Below, piece after piece: positions 1 through 10,259 of a stretch of 64,000 nt of DNA (positions within the stretch are counted from its first letter, which is position 1; each line of letters opens with the position of its first letter). The position numbers and the translations under genes are program-made. Below the pieces are notes generated by a model, which was not told the origin of the DNA, made no database searches, and saw nothing but the letters and a program-made list of their open reading frames with translations. Source of the DNA: Thermoplasmata archaeon (GTDB lineage Archaea > Thermoplasmatota > E2 > DHVEG-1); assembly GCA_014894395.1 (NCBI GenBank), contig JADBLO010000072.1:52674-116673 (forward strand). Direction: 5' to 3'.

Positions 1-1016
1 AGTTTAATGAGCACAGAGTTTGCCGCTTGCAACTCAATCCCTTTCTTAATGCGTTTTGTATTTGTGACAAACAAATCATCACCAACAATCTGAATTTTAT
101 TCCCTAATTTCTTTGTCATCTCCACCCAGGAGTCCCAGTCATCCTCCGCATGGCCATCTTCAATGCTCACAATTGGGTATGTTTTGCAGAGATCAACATA
201 GAAATCAACCATCTCCCCACCAGAATATGATTTCTCGCCTATCTTGTAGATACCGTCATAGAAAAACTCACTGGACGCAGGATCTAATGCAATTTTCATC
301 TTGTTGTTATATCCCGCGTTCTCAACTGCCTCTAGCATCAGATCAAGACGGTCATGGATATCAATGATCTGAGCAGGTGCAAACCCGCCCTCATCACCTA
401 TCAGAACACCGCCCGCACCAAACTTTCCCTTTAATAGTTTTGCAAGATGATGGTAACTCTCAGAAATCATTCTGATTCCTTCAGTAAAATTTTTTGCACC
501 GGTCGGCATGAGCATATGCTCCTGGATTGAGTTCTCCTGACCTGCGTGTTTTCCTCCGTTAATGACATTACACATTGGAACGGGTAAACGATAGGGAATC
601 ACGCCAAATAATTCACCGATATACACGTAGAGAGGAATACCGTTGGCAACAGCGCCAGCTTTCGTTACCGCCATCGACACGGGAAGCACCGCGTTTGCGC
701 CAAGCTTGCCTTTGTTTTCTGTCCCATCGATTTTAAGCAGGATGGAATCAATGGTTTCCTGGTGACGACAATCCAACCCAATCAATTTCGGGGCGATCTT
801 CTTATTCACATTGTCAACTGCTTTCAACGTTCCTTTCCCGAGGTATCTTGTTTTGTCTCCATCTCGTAGTTCTAAGGCTTCATGGTGTCCTGCACTCGCA
901 CCACTAGGCGTCATCGCTCGAAAAATACCTTGTTTTGTAATCACATCGACTTCAACAGTTGGATTTCCCCGAGAATCAAGGACCTCACGTGCCTTTATGG
1001 CAATAATTTCAGACAT
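1..1016 (-). CDS. eno: Enolase (phosphopyruvate hydratase), C-terminus beyond window edge
   Basis: Not in ORF track (runs off edge). Reverse translation from ATG at 1016 gives MSEIIAIKAREVLDSRGNPTVEVDV..., then PSGASTGHHEALELRD, typical enolase N-terminal motifs. Confidence 0.95.
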   Translation of the reverse strand, partial: MSEIIAIKAREVLDSRGNPTVEVDVITKQGIFRAMTPSGASAGHHEALELRDGDKTRYLGKGTLKAVDNVNKKIAPKLIGLDCRHQETIDSILLKIDGTENKGKLGANAVLPVSMAVTKAGAVANGIPLYVYIGELFGVIPYRLPVPMCNVINGGKHAGQENSIQEHMLMPTGAKNFTEGIRMISESYHHLAKLLKGKFGAGGVLIGDEGGFAPAQIIDIHDRLDLMLEAVENAGYNNKMKIALDPASSEFFYDGIYKIGEKSYSGGEMVDFYVDLCKTYPIVSIEDGHAEDDWDSWVEMTKKLGNKIQIVGDDLFVTNTKRIKKGIELQAANSVLIK

Positions 1017-1143
1017 GACTCATCTCCCCATAAAATATACATTATAAGGGAGGGGGCTTTTTAAAAATATCGTTTCAATTAACACCTCTACAGAAACACT
1101 TAAGAATAGAAAGTAGTTTTTCGGCACTGGAGGTAAAAAAATT

Positions 1144-1923
1144 ATGGTAGATATCAACACAATGCTGGCCTTTTTGTTTATTATCGTACTCTTTCTGATA
1201 GCAGTCCTTGCATCAGCGATAAAGATCATGCCGGAGTACCAACGAATTGTAATCTTCAGATTAGGAAGATTAATGGGGATAAAAGGTCCTGGCCTCGTGT
1301 TCATTATCCCTATTATTGACAAACCTATTCGAATGGATTTGAGAACACGAGTCATCGATGTCCCAAAACAACGAATCATCACCCGTGATAACGTGACAGT
1401 AGATGTTGACGCTGTGGTGTATTTCAGAATAACAGATCCACAAAAAGCAATTGTTGAAGTGCAGCGCTATGACATGGCGACCAGTTTACTTGCACAGACG
1501 ACGCTAAGAGATATCCTTGGTCAAAAAAACCTTGATGAACTCTTATCACAACGAGAAGAACTGAACAAAAATCTTCAATCCATCTTAGACATCGGCACTG
1601 ACCCCTGGGGAATTAAGATATCAGCCGTCACATTACGAGATGTCTCATTACCGGAAGAAATGCTTCGGGCAATCGCAAAACAAGCAGAAGCCGAGCGAGA
1701 GAAACGATCAAGGATCATTATGGCAGAAGGAGAACTTCTAGCCTCAGCGAAAATGACGGAGGCGGCAAAACTGTATGAAAAAACACCGATCGCTTTACGA
1801 CTTCGAGAATTACAGACACTCACGGAGATAGCACGGGAGAAAAACCTCATCATTGTTCCCGGCGGTGAAATAGGAACTATGGCGGGAATAGCAAAAGCAG
1901 TCAATAAAAAAGTCGAACAATGA
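1144..1923 (+). CDS. SPFH/band-7 (stomatin-like) membrane protein
   Basis: N-terminal TM, then RIVIFRLGR, DLRT, ITRDNVTVDVDAVVY, AQTTLR, AEAERE, LRLRELQTL motifs; adjacent to nfeD. Confidence 0.95.
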   Translation: MVDINTMLAFLFIIVLFLIAVLASAIKIMPEYQRIVIFRLGRLMGIKGPGLVFIIPIIDKPIRMDLRTRVIDVPKQRIITRDNVTVDVDAVVYFRITDPQKAIVEVQRYDMATSLLAQTTLRDILGQKNLDELLSQREELNKNLQSILDIGTDPWGIKISAVTLRDVSLPEEMLRAIAKQAEAEREKRSRIIMAEGELLASAKMTEAAKLYEKTPIALRLRELQTLTEIAREKNLIIVPGGEIGTMAGIAKAVNKKVEQ

Positions 1924-3233
1924 GAAAGACCTACCCTCCTCTGATTTTTTTCTTTTTTTTTCTTCTTTTTTTGTCAAGTAGTGCATCCGCGCAAACCTCT
2001 AGTGTTGTCCTTGTAGAAATTACCGATACCATTGATCAATCCACGGTTGAAGTGATAACCGATAGTTTAAAGCAAGCAGAGGCAAACAATGCCCAAGCAG
2101 TGATCCTTCTTTTGAATACACCAGGAGGCGGGCTTGATCAAACCTTTGAAATCGCTGAGATGATCAAACAGAGCGACATCCCGGTTATCGGTTATGTCTA
2201 TCCAAGCGGGGCGACCGCGTGGTCAGCAGGAACTTTTATTTTGCTGAGCACACCGCTTGCAGCCATGGCAGATCACACCATCATCGGATCGTGTCAACCT
2301 ATTGAAACAAGTCTTGAAGGAACACGATTCATCAACGATTCGAAAATCATCAACGCGCTCGTGGAATGGCTCCAAGAACGAGCGGTGATGTATGGGCGAA
2401 ATGAAACACTGGCAAAGTTGTTCATCACTCAGAACAGGAACGTGAATGCGACCGTCGCAAAAAACAGCAACGTCATCGAAATCGTCGCGTCCAGTATTGA
2501 CCAGCTTTTAAACGATATTGACGGGAGAAACGTGACCACTGCTGCAGGTACAATCACCTTGCACACAAGAGCTGCAGAGCAAGTAAGGTATTCACCTTCG
2601 TTGAAAATTCAGATACTGAAACTTATCTCAAACCCTATCCTGACTTCTTTGTTGTTGATGCTAGGGATTTTTGCGTTGCTGGTAGGAATCTCCACACCAG
2701 GATATGGTGCTGAGGTGTTTGGCGTCATCGCAATCCTGCTATCACTGATTGGGTCTGGATTTAGCATCTCCACGTTAAGCGTAATCTTTATAATTATCGG
2801 ATGCCTACTCCTCGCCGTAGAAATATTCGTTACCCCTGGCTTCGGTGCTGTTGGCATCGGCGGGATCATCTGCCTTGTCATCGGATCGATATTTCTCATT
2901 CCAAGCTATCCAACAAGAAAATGGCTGATATCAGGTGAGTATATGACAGATGCAATAACCATCATGCTGTTCGTCATCGTGCTCTTCGCACTATTCTTTG
3001 CGTTCCTCCTGTATAAAGTACTTCAGATACGAAAGAAAAAATCACCAGTAGGTAAATTTGCTGGAGAAAAAGCGGTCGCGATCGAACGTATCACCCCAGA
3101 AAAACCAGGGTTCGTGCGATACAAAGGAGAATACTGGCAGGCAAAATCAGAGGTCGTGATTGAAACAAATACGAAAGTCGTAATCATTGAGAAAGACGAG
3201 ACAATGCTCATTGTAAAGCCTCTGGAGAGATGA
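1920..3233 (+). CDS. nfeD: NfeD family membrane-bound serine protease (long form, stomatin operon partner)
   Basis: Signal peptide, LNTPGG, AWSAG (Ser) and SKIIN (Lys) ClpP-like dyad region, multi-TM core, C-terminal OB fold (GFVRYKGEYWQA); 4-nt overlap with SPFH gene. Confidence 0.9.
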   Translation: MRKTYPPLIFFFFFLLFLSSSASAQTSSVVLVEITDTIDQSTVEVITDSLKQAEANNAQAVILLLNTPGGGLDQTFEIAEMIKQSDIPVIGYVYPSGATAWSAGTFILLSTPLAAMADHTIIGSCQPIETSLEGTRFINDSKIINALVEWLQERAVMYGRNETLAKLFITQNRNVNATVAKNSNVIEIVASSIDQLLNDIDGRNVTTAAGTITLHTRAAEQVRYSPSLKIQILKLISNPILTSLLLMLGIFALLVGISTPGYGAEVFGVIAILLSLIGSGFSISTLSVIFIIIGCLLLAVEIFVTPGFGAVGIGGIICLVIGSIFLIPSYPTRKWLISGEYMTDAITIMLFVIVLFALFFAFLLYKVLQIRKKKSPVGKFAGEKAVAIERITPEKPGFVRYKGEYWQAKSEVVIETNTKVVIIEKDETMLIVKPLER

Positions 3234-3295
3234 CCAAAGATTAATCAACCTCTTTTTTCTTTAGGGGGCTCTGATTGTGAAAAGGTTTGATGTAA

Positions 3296-4537
3296 ATGAA
3301 TTCTAGTATGAAATGTCAATTTCTTGGTGGCAGTGACGAAGTCGGCAATCTCGCCATGGTGCTCGAGCTTGAAGATATGAGGTTCCTGTTTGATTATGGG
3401 ATGTCGCCAGGAAAACCACCCACGTTTCCATTGCCGCCACCACCGATTGATCTCACGTTCCTTACTCATTCGCATCTTGATCACTGCGGGATGATTCCCT
3501 GGCTCTGCTCACAATCAGATCATCGCATCATCGCAACAGAACCAACCGCTGTCGTGAGCAATTTATTGCAGAAAGATACCGTCAAGATCGCGCAGATGGA
3601 CGGCTACTCTATCCCGTTTACCAGTGCCGATGTCAAAGAAGCAGAACATAGTTATGTTCCGGTCGAACCAGGAAAGATGCGAGACCTTGGTGAGAACTAC
3701 AGCGTTCGTTTCCACTCCGCTGGTCATATTCCTGGCTCACTCATGTTTGAACTGGTTGGGGAAAAACGACTGTTGTTCACCGGTGATTTAAACGTGGTTG
3801 ACACAAGACTTGTCAGAGGAACAAAACCGGTTCCTTGCGACATGCTTTTCATGGAGGGGACATACGCAGGGAGGGAACATGAAAACAGACAGCAAATAGA
3901 ACGAGCATTTCTTGAAAAAATCGAGGAGGTCGTCAACCGAGGCGGTACCGTAATCATTCCAGCGTTTGCGGTCGCACGATCACAAGAACTCCTTCTCGTA
4001 CTGAAAAACGTTGGGTATGACGTCTGGTTTGACGGCATGGGAAAAAAGATTTCGAAACTCTATTTGAAGTACCCGAAGTACCTCCGGTCGGTCGATGACC
4101 TAAAAAAAGCGTTTAAGAAGGTCAACGTGGTCCATTCAGAACATGGCCGGAAGATGGCAATGAAAGGACCGGTGATTATTACCTCCAGTGGAATGATGGA
4201 TGGCGGTCCTGTTTTGTCCTATATGAACAAGCTCAAGAATGATCGGAAAAGCGCAGTCCTTCTCACCGGGTATCAGGTCGAGGGAACCAATAGTAGGCTT
4301 CTGATAGAAAAAGGGAGGCTTAACTTCTATGGTGTCGTTGAAAAAGTGGACTGTGAAGTCCAATACTATGATTTCTCTGCGCATGCAGGTCATAGTGAAC
4401 TGGTTGAGTTTGCAAAGCAATGTAAACCAGAAAAAATCATCCTATTCCATAGTGCTGACAGGGCACCGCTTGTGGAATCATTGAAAGATACTGCAGAAGT
4501 CCTGACCCCGATGAAAGGGGAACGTTTTTCATTATAA
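3296..4537 (+). CDS. MBL-fold beta-CASP ribonuclease (no KH domains; aCPSF2-like)
   Basis: THSHLDHCG, AGHIPGS, FTGD, EGTY, PAFAVARSQE, SGMMDGG, FSAHAG motifs. Confidence 0.85.
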   Translation: MNSSMKCQFLGGSDEVGNLAMVLELEDMRFLFDYGMSPGKPPTFPLPPPPIDLTFLTHSHLDHCGMIPWLCSQSDHRIIATEPTAVVSNLLQKDTVKIAQMDGYSIPFTSADVKEAEHSYVPVEPGKMRDLGENYSVRFHSAGHIPGSLMFELVGEKRLLFTGDLNVVDTRLVRGTKPVPCDMLFMEGTYAGREHENRQQIERAFLEKIEEVVNRGGTVIIPAFAVARSQELLLVLKNVGYDVWFDGMGKKISKLYLKYPKYLRSVDDLKKAFKKVNVVHSEHGRKMAMKGPVIITSSGMMDGGPVLSYMNKLKNDRKSAVLLTGYQVEGTNSRLLIEKGRLNFYGVVEKVDCEVQYYDFSAHAGHSELVEFAKQCKPEKIILFHSADRAPLVESLKDTAEVLTPMKGERFSL

Positions 4538-4601
4538 CAAATCCTTGTTATGATTTTAAGAATGATGATGAGAGAAAGTGTATCAAAAAGGTGATACGAC
4601 C

Positions 4602-5852
4602 ATGGCAGATGAACTGACACAGCGGCAGATCTACGACCTGAAACGACAACTGGAAGAGTTGAAGAAATGCAGAGGTAAACACACCGAACTTATTTCGTTG
4701 TATGTCCCGCCCTCTAAACAAATCTTTGATGTCGTATCGTACCTTCGAAATGAGTATTCGCAGTCTCAGAATATCAAGTCAAAGACAACCATGAAGAATG
4801 TTCTTTCTGCGATTGAATCGATCATGAGTCGTTTGAAAACGTTCAAGCAACCACCGCCGCGCGGGCTAGCCATGTTTGTTGGCCATAAAAGCGTCGGTGC
4901 TGACAAAACCGACATGGTCGCATACGTCATCGAGCCACCAATGCCAGTGATCACGTTTTTGTATCGTTGTGACTCAGAGTTCTATATACAACCGTTAGAA
5001 GAGATGTTGACAGAGAAGGAAATTTACGGATTATTTCTTATTGATCGAAGAGAGTGTACGATCGGGATGTTGCGCGGGAGTCGCGTTGAGATGCTGCGGT
5101 ACATGACATCGCAGGTTCCTGGGAAACACGGAAGAGGCGGTCAGTCTCAACGAAGATTCGAACGGAACACGGAGATTGCTGCCCATGAGTGGTTTGTGAA
5201 ATGCGGGGAGCGGGCAAGTGAAATCTTCCTTGCAGAGCCGAAAATGAAAGGTATTTTGGTTGGTGGCTCTGGTCCGACGAAACAATATTTCGTTGATGAA
5301 GTGTATCTCCATTATGAGATTCAGAAGAAGATCATCGATACGTTTGACACCGGCTATACCGATGAGTTTGGGCTGCGGGAGCTCGTTGCAAATGCAGCTG
5401 ATAAGATGACCGATTTGAAAGTATCTCAGGAAAAGAAGGTCATGAAGCGATTCTTATCTGAAGTAACAAAGTCAGAGAAAAGCATGGCTGTCTACGGGGA
5501 ACATCAGGTGAGAAAAGCCCTTGAGATGGGTGTAGTTGATACGTTGCTTCTCTCTGAGGATCTGCGGAAGTACCGGGTGACCATGCAGTGTCACTCTTGT
5601 GGGTATACGCAGGAGAAAACCATGACCGAGGAAGCCCTGGAGAGTTTTACGCCACCAGCATGTCCTACGTGTAAGACCTCAATCCCCATGGAGATTACTA
5701 AAAAAGTGGATTTGGTTGATGAGTTGTCTGATCTTGCGGAAAAAACGAGTGCAACGGTGAAGCTTATCTCAAGGAATAGCGAGGAAGGAGAATCATTGTT
5801 CGCTGCGTTCAGTGGTCTTGCTGGGATATTACGATATCCTCTGGAAATATGA
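4602..5852 (+). CDS. prf1: Peptide chain release factor aRF1
   Basis: NIKS, YRCDSEF and GRGGQS motifs; CxxC...CxxC insertion in domain 3; ATG at 4602 follows a GGTGA RBS. Confidence 0.95.
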   Translation: MADELTQRQIYDLKRQLEELKKCRGKHTELISLYVPPSKQIFDVVSYLRNEYSQSQNIKSKTTMKNVLSAIESIMSRLKTFKQPPPRGLAMFVGHKSVGADKTDMVAYVIEPPMPVITFLYRCDSEFYIQPLEEMLTEKEIYGLFLIDRRECTIGMLRGSRVEMLRYMTSQVPGKHGRGGQSQRRFERNTEIAAHEWFVKCGERASEIFLAEPKMKGILVGGSGPTKQYFVDEVYLHYEIQKKIIDTFDTGYTDEFGLRELVANAADKMTDLKVSQEKKVMKRFLSEVTKSEKSMAVYGEHQVRKALEMGVVDTLLLSEDLRKYRVTMQCHSCGYTQEKTMTEEALESFTPPACPTCKTSIPMEITKKVDLVDELSDLAEKTSATVKLISRNSEEGESLFAAFSGLAGILRYPLEI

Positions 5853-5934
5853 CCATGCTTGCCTCCTTATGAGCAGAGACTTTTAAACCGATGGTTTTAT
5901 AAACACTGAAATATATTATTCATATTGATATCTT

Positions 5935-7986
5935 ATGACATCTCGAGATGATTTCAAGTCATTTATCCCGGCTGAGAAAAAGATACCAGAATTAACATTG
6001 AAAGCAGTGTTGGTCGGGGCTCTTTTAGCTGTAATTCTTGGAGCAGCAAACGCGTACCTCGGTTTGTATGCCGGAATGACCGTGTCTGCGGTTATCCCTG
6101 GGGCAGTTCTGGCGTTTGCGTTTCTCAAACCCTTTAAAGGAACGATTTTAGAAGTCAATATAGGGATGATGGGTGCTGCCGCTGGTGAAGCATTGGCCGC
6201 GGGAGTCATTTTTACGATCCCTGCCCTGGTTCTCATGGGAACCTGGACGGAGATTCATTATGTTGAAACGACGTTGATTGCGTTATTTGGTGGTATGCTT
6301 GGTGTGTTTTGGATGGTACCGCTCAGACGCGCCCTTATCATTAACACCGATTTACCGTTCCCTGAAGGGGTCGCGGTTGCCGCGGTGTTAACCACAACGG
6401 TTGGTGGAGAAGGCGCTGAATCAGGGAAGAAATCTAAGGGAAGTGGCGTCAGCGGGGTTTGGCTTATTGTTGGTGTTCTGGCAGCTGGATTGTTCAAATT
6501 TGGTCAGGTTGGTCTAAAAATATTTGCTGGCGCGATCCATGGTATTGTAAATATCGGAAAATTCGACATCGGCAGCGGAGAGAAATCAGGTGTCTTCTAT
6601 GGGGGTGTTGCCACGTCTCCTGCCTTGCTTGGTGTCGGCTGGATTATCGGGCCTAAGATTGCTTCCTTCGTGTTTGTCGGAGGTCTCCTCGGCTGGGTTA
6701 TTCTTGTTCCGCTTATCGCCTTGGCAACAGGCCTTCCAGCGCCGGTTTCTCCATCAGAAGTGACGGATGCACTTGCGTTAGGGTTCGGGAATGCTGATGC
6801 CGGGTACCAGATCTGGGGATTCTTCGCTATCTGGGGAAACTACATCCGGTACATTGGTGTCGGTGCTATGGTTGTCGGTGGTCTGTACACGATCTTTAAA
6901 CTCCGATCGAACCTTGCTAGTGGCATTAAAGAAGCTATTGCAGGTATTAAAGGCGGGAAAGTGGAAGTAAAGAAGAGAACAGACACTGATCTTAATATCA
7001 AGTTTGTTTTCCTGATGATCGGATTACTCACCATTCCAGTCTTCCTTGTGTATGTGTGGATTTCAAGTCTATGGGTGGTGTCCGCGATCATGGCGGTGTT
7101 CGCGATTTTATTTGCCTTCATTGCCAGCGCGATTGCTGGATACATGGCCGGACTGCTGGGATCATCCAATAACCCGATCTCTGGTGTCACGGTCTCCGTT
7201 TTATTGATCACCTCATTAATTCTTCTTGGGTTCGGTCTTTCCGGGAATGTTGGTGCCGCCGGTATTGCAATTCTTATTGCCGCGGTGATTTGCTGTGCCG
7301 CCGCTATCTCCGGGGATGTCTTGCAGTCGATGACGTGTGGTCAGATGATTGGTGCAACACCAAAAAACCAGCAGATCGCGGAAATCATCGGTGTTGCTGC
7401 TGCTGCCCCGATTCTTGCATTGGTTGTCCAAGCATTGGACAAAGCGTACCATATCGGCAGTACGAATCTGCCTGCGCCACAGGCATTCCTTATGCAGGGT
7501 ATCGTCCAGGGTGTCCTTGGTGGACAAATGGTCTGGCCGTTCGTGGTTGCTGGGGCAGTGCTTGCGTTCGTGTTAATCCTCATTAACCTGCCGGTTCTTC
7601 CTGTTGCGATCGGTATTTATCTCCCGTTCACGTTGAGTACTCCGATTTTTGCTGGCGGTATCGTCCGCGCTATCACCAACAGGGCTATCGCAAAGAAATA
7701 CGGGTCAGCAAATGAAGAAGAGATTAGCGATTGGGAGCTTGCTATCAAGCAAACCGATGTAGCACCAAAAGAAAAGATTATAAGAACTGGACTTCTTCTC
7801 ACCGCGGGATTGATCGCAGGAGAGGCTCTGATGGGCGTCATCGTCGCATTCCTCATTATCGGAGGATTTAACTTCGCGGTCTTCGACTATCCGCCGATTC
7901 TACCATCAGTGCTCGTCTGGGTCTTCATCGCAGCGCTCCTTGCATACATCCCATTGAGGGAAATTTACGCGAAAAACGAAAAGTAA
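5935..7986 (+). CDS. OPT family oligopeptide transporter
   Basis: ANAYLGLYAGMTVS, LPFPEG, SNNPISG, GATPKNQQ, APQAFLM, GLIAGEAL motifs; about 16 TM segments. Confidence 0.95.
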   Translation: MTSRDDFKSFIPAEKKIPELTLKAVLVGALLAVILGAANAYLGLYAGMTVSAVIPGAVLAFAFLKPFKGTILEVNIGMMGAAAGEALAAGVIFTIPALVLMGTWTEIHYVETTLIALFGGMLGVFWMVPLRRALIINTDLPFPEGVAVAAVLTTTVGGEGAESGKKSKGSGVSGVWLIVGVLAAGLFKFGQVGLKIFAGAIHGIVNIGKFDIGSGEKSGVFYGGVATSPALLGVGWIIGPKIASFVFVGGLLGWVILVPLIALATGLPAPVSPSEVTDALALGFGNADAGYQIWGFFAIWGNYIRYIGVGAMVVGGLYTIFKLRSNLASGIKEAIAGIKGGKVEVKKRTDTDLNIKFVFLMIGLLTIPVFLVYVWISSLWVVSAIMAVFAILFAFIASAIAGYMAGLLGSSNNPISGVTVSVLLITSLILLGFGLSGNVGAAGIAILIAAVICCAAAISGDVLQSMTCGQMIGATPKNQQIAEIIGVAAAAPILALVVQALDKAYHIGSTNLPAPQAFLMQGIVQGVLGGQMVWPFVVAGAVLAFVLILINLPVLPVAIGIYLPFTLSTPIFAGGIVRAITNRAIAKKYGSANEEEISDWELAIKQTDVAPKEKIIRTGLLLTAGLIAGEALMGVIVAFLIIGGFNFAVFDYPPILPSVLVWVFIAALLAYIPLREIYAKNEK

Positions 7987-8320
7987 AGGGCTTCCGACCG
8001 CTGATGAGTTTCTTTTATACAAACCGAAGCGGTTAGATTTCGAATGGTCAACGACCAACGACGGTCTTGTGGTGATAACCGTCCCAAAATTCACCAGTAA
8101 TTTCGGCAAGTCCTTTTGTAAAGTGCTGAAGCGAGACAATACCTTCAAAGCCAACCTTGATAAACTCGGGTCAACCATCTGGAAACAGTGCGAGGGAACC
8201 AAAACTGTGAAAGAAATCCTGGAAGTGGTTACCAAGGAATTCCCTGATGGAAAAAACATCGATCAGCGACTCTTTCTGTTTCTCCAACAACTCAGAGCCC
8301 TGTGCTACATCGTGTACTAA
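7967..8320 (+). CDS. PqqD/RRE-family small protein; start uncertain (track start 8069)
   Basis: NLDKLGSTIWKQCEGTKTVKEI...F..RL..FL..L is the PqqD winged-helix pattern. The frame is open without a stop back to 7958 and reads as coding (LPTADEFLLYKPKRLDFEW). Confidence 0.7.
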   Translation, partial: TRKTKSKGLPTADEFLLYKPKRLDFEWSTTNDGLVVITVPKFTSNFGKSFCKVLKRDNTFKANLDKLGSTIWKQCEGTKTVKEILEVVTKEFPDGKNIDQRLFLFLQQLRALCYIVY

Positions 8321-8988
8321 CGTTTCTCAAGATGCGCACCCTTCACCTGGAAAATACCATTGTCTCGATTCCATTCTTTTACAGATTCATCAATCACGAG
8401 TTTCTGGGAAAACAAGGGTCCATCGAGCACGAGTGTCTCAAATTCTCCTCCTTCACCAGCGATGTTGATCCGATATTTTTCATTCAGGCGTACAAGGGCA
8501 TCGATCGTTTGTTCATCGATGGTTTTGCCTAGCCAGGTCTCATCAAACCCGGAGGCGAACACGCCGACAATGATGATGTGGAATCCAGCTTTCACCTGGT
8601 CCCGCAACAGGAGTTCCTGGTTCTTATGCCAGAGAGGGGTAAACGACTTGATTCCTATCTCGTCACATATTTTTTCGATACGGGTCCGTTGATACTCTGA
8701 GGCGATAGCCCCGCTGATCACGCCGTCAATCTCAAGGTCCTGTAACAGATTTTTTAAATCGACGAGTTCTTTTTCTTTTTCGCCTTTCGTTGATTTCTTC
8801 ACAAGAGGGATATCGATTGCTTGCGCAAGCAGTTCAGTAAGATGGATATTGATCGAATGGAACATCCAGGAATCCTGTTTCTCTGAATGAAGGGTGACAA
8901 GAGGGAAAACATCCCATCCATACTGCTGGGCGATGTACACCGCAAAAACTGAGTCTTTTCCACCAGAGAATAACGCTGCGACTTTCAT
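8317..8988 (-). CDS. dph6: Diphthine--ammonia ligase (Dph6)
   Basis: MKVAALFSGGKDS PP-loop, SWMFH, GAIASEYQ, PLW, GEGGEFETLVLDGPLF. Confidence 0.9.
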   Translation of the reverse strand: MKVAALFSGGKDSVFAVYIAQQYGWDVFPLVTLHSEKQDSWMFHSINIHLTELLAQAIDIPLVKKSTKGEKEKELVDLKNLLQDLEIDGVISGAIASEYQRTRIEKICDEIGIKSFTPLWHKNQELLLRDQVKAGFHIIIVGVFASGFDETWLGKTIDEQTIDALVRLNEKYRINIAGEGGEFETLVLDGPLFSQKLVIDESVKEWNRDNGIFQVKGAHLEKR

Positions 8989-9041
8989 CGCAATAGGTAT
9001 CTCTTTAAACAAATAAACATTTCTTGTCCCTGGTTGTTCTT

Positions 9042-9806
9042 ATGAACATTGGGATACTCTGTGGTAATCACATGCCGGATTTGATGAAAAAACCGGAAAA
9101 AATCAAGGTGGAAACACCCTATGGCGAAGTTATTGTGTATGCTTCCAAACTCGGAGCTCATGACCTGTTTTTCATTCATCGTCATGGAGAACAATCCAAT
9201 CTTCCACCCCACCGGGTCAATCATCGGGGGAATATCCAAGCATTTGCATCAAGTCATGTCTCCTGCATCCTTTCTGTGGGAACTGCTGGGTCTATGAAAA
9301 AGGAGATTCGGCCAGGAGACCTGGTGATTCCTCATGATTTTATTGATGTAACGAAGTCTCGTTCGCAGACGTTCTTTGATGAGAAGAGAGTGCATGTGGA
9401 TATGACAGAACCGTTCTGTTCCACGCTGCGAGAAGCATTGTTGCAAAGCTGTGACAAAACCAGAGATGTTACGTTTCATGAGAAAGGCGTGTATCTTGTT
9501 ACCGAGGGGCCTCGTTTAGAGACTGCTGCGGAAATCAAAATGTATTCCATGGTTGCTGATATTGTTGGCATGACCATGGTTCCGGAGGTTGTCTTGGCTC
9601 GAGAGAAAGGGATTTGTTTTGCTTCCCTTTGTCTGGTGTGTAACATGGCTGCTGGCCTGCAGAATAGGTTGACTGCTGATGAGATCGCATCAGTGTATAC
9701 AAAGAAAGAGCCGGTGATTTCCAAAGTTTTGCAATTGACGATTGAGTCTCTTGATCAGAAACGGTCTTGTCATTGTCCTGTCGATGTCTCCAAGGCAACA
9801 TTATGA
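9042..9806 (+). CDS. mtnP: 5'-methylthioadenosine/methylthioinosine phosphorylase (PNP/MTAP family)
   Basis: TPYG, RHG, PPHRVN, GPRLETAAE, VGMTMVPE, CNMAAG motifs. Confidence 0.85.
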   Translation: MNIGILCGNHMPDLMKKPEKIKVETPYGEVIVYASKLGAHDLFFIHRHGEQSNLPPHRVNHRGNIQAFASSHVSCILSVGTAGSMKKEIRPGDLVIPHDFIDVTKSRSQTFFDEKRVHVDMTEPFCSTLREALLQSCDKTRDVTFHEKGVYLVTEGPRLETAAEIKMYSMVADIVGMTMVPEVVLAREKGICFASLCLVCNMAAGLQNRLTADEIASVYTKKEPVISKVLQLTIESLDQKRSCHCPVDVSKATL

Positions 9807-10213
9807 AACAGTACGAGTTAATTGAGCATACTGCCGATGTCGGTGTGAAAGCCTACGGAAAAACTGTTGCAGAGGCGTTTGAGCATGCAGCAGAGGCGAT
9901 GTTTGATATTATTACTGATGAATCAATGATCGACCCCATTGGTGAATATGATATCCTGTTGGAAGCCCCTGATCTCGAGCAGTTGCTGGTTGATTGGCTT
10001 TCAAAACTCCTTTTTTTGAATGGCGCAGAGAATCTTGTTTTTGGGAAATTCCAGGTAACCATTGATGCAAATCGTCTCTCCGCCCGTGTCTTTGGCGAAA
10101 AGTACAATAATAAGAAGCACAAGATGGGTGTGGAGATAAAAGCAGTGACCTATCATATACTACAGGTCAATGAGAAAGACCCGATCTTTGTGCAGGTGCT
10201 ATTCGACATCTGA
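9803..10213 (+). CDS. Archease
   Basis: YELIEHTADVG N-terminus, EIKAVTYH, C-terminal VLFDI. Confidence 0.95.
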   Translation: MKQYELIEHTADVGVKAYGKTVAEAFEHAAEAMFDIITDESMIDPIGEYDILLEAPDLEQLLVDWLSKLLFLNGAENLVFGKFQVTIDANRLSARVFGEKYNNKKHKMGVEIKAVTYHILQVNEKDPIFVQVLFDI

Positions 10214-10259
10214 GGATAAAAAGCGGTGTATAAATAGAGGAAATCTGTTTTCTTTACTC

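Noticed and set aside
113-1064. Short + strand ORFs (113-367, 811-1047, 882-1064)
   Set aside because: Antisense shadows of enolase, which the track missed because it runs off the edge.
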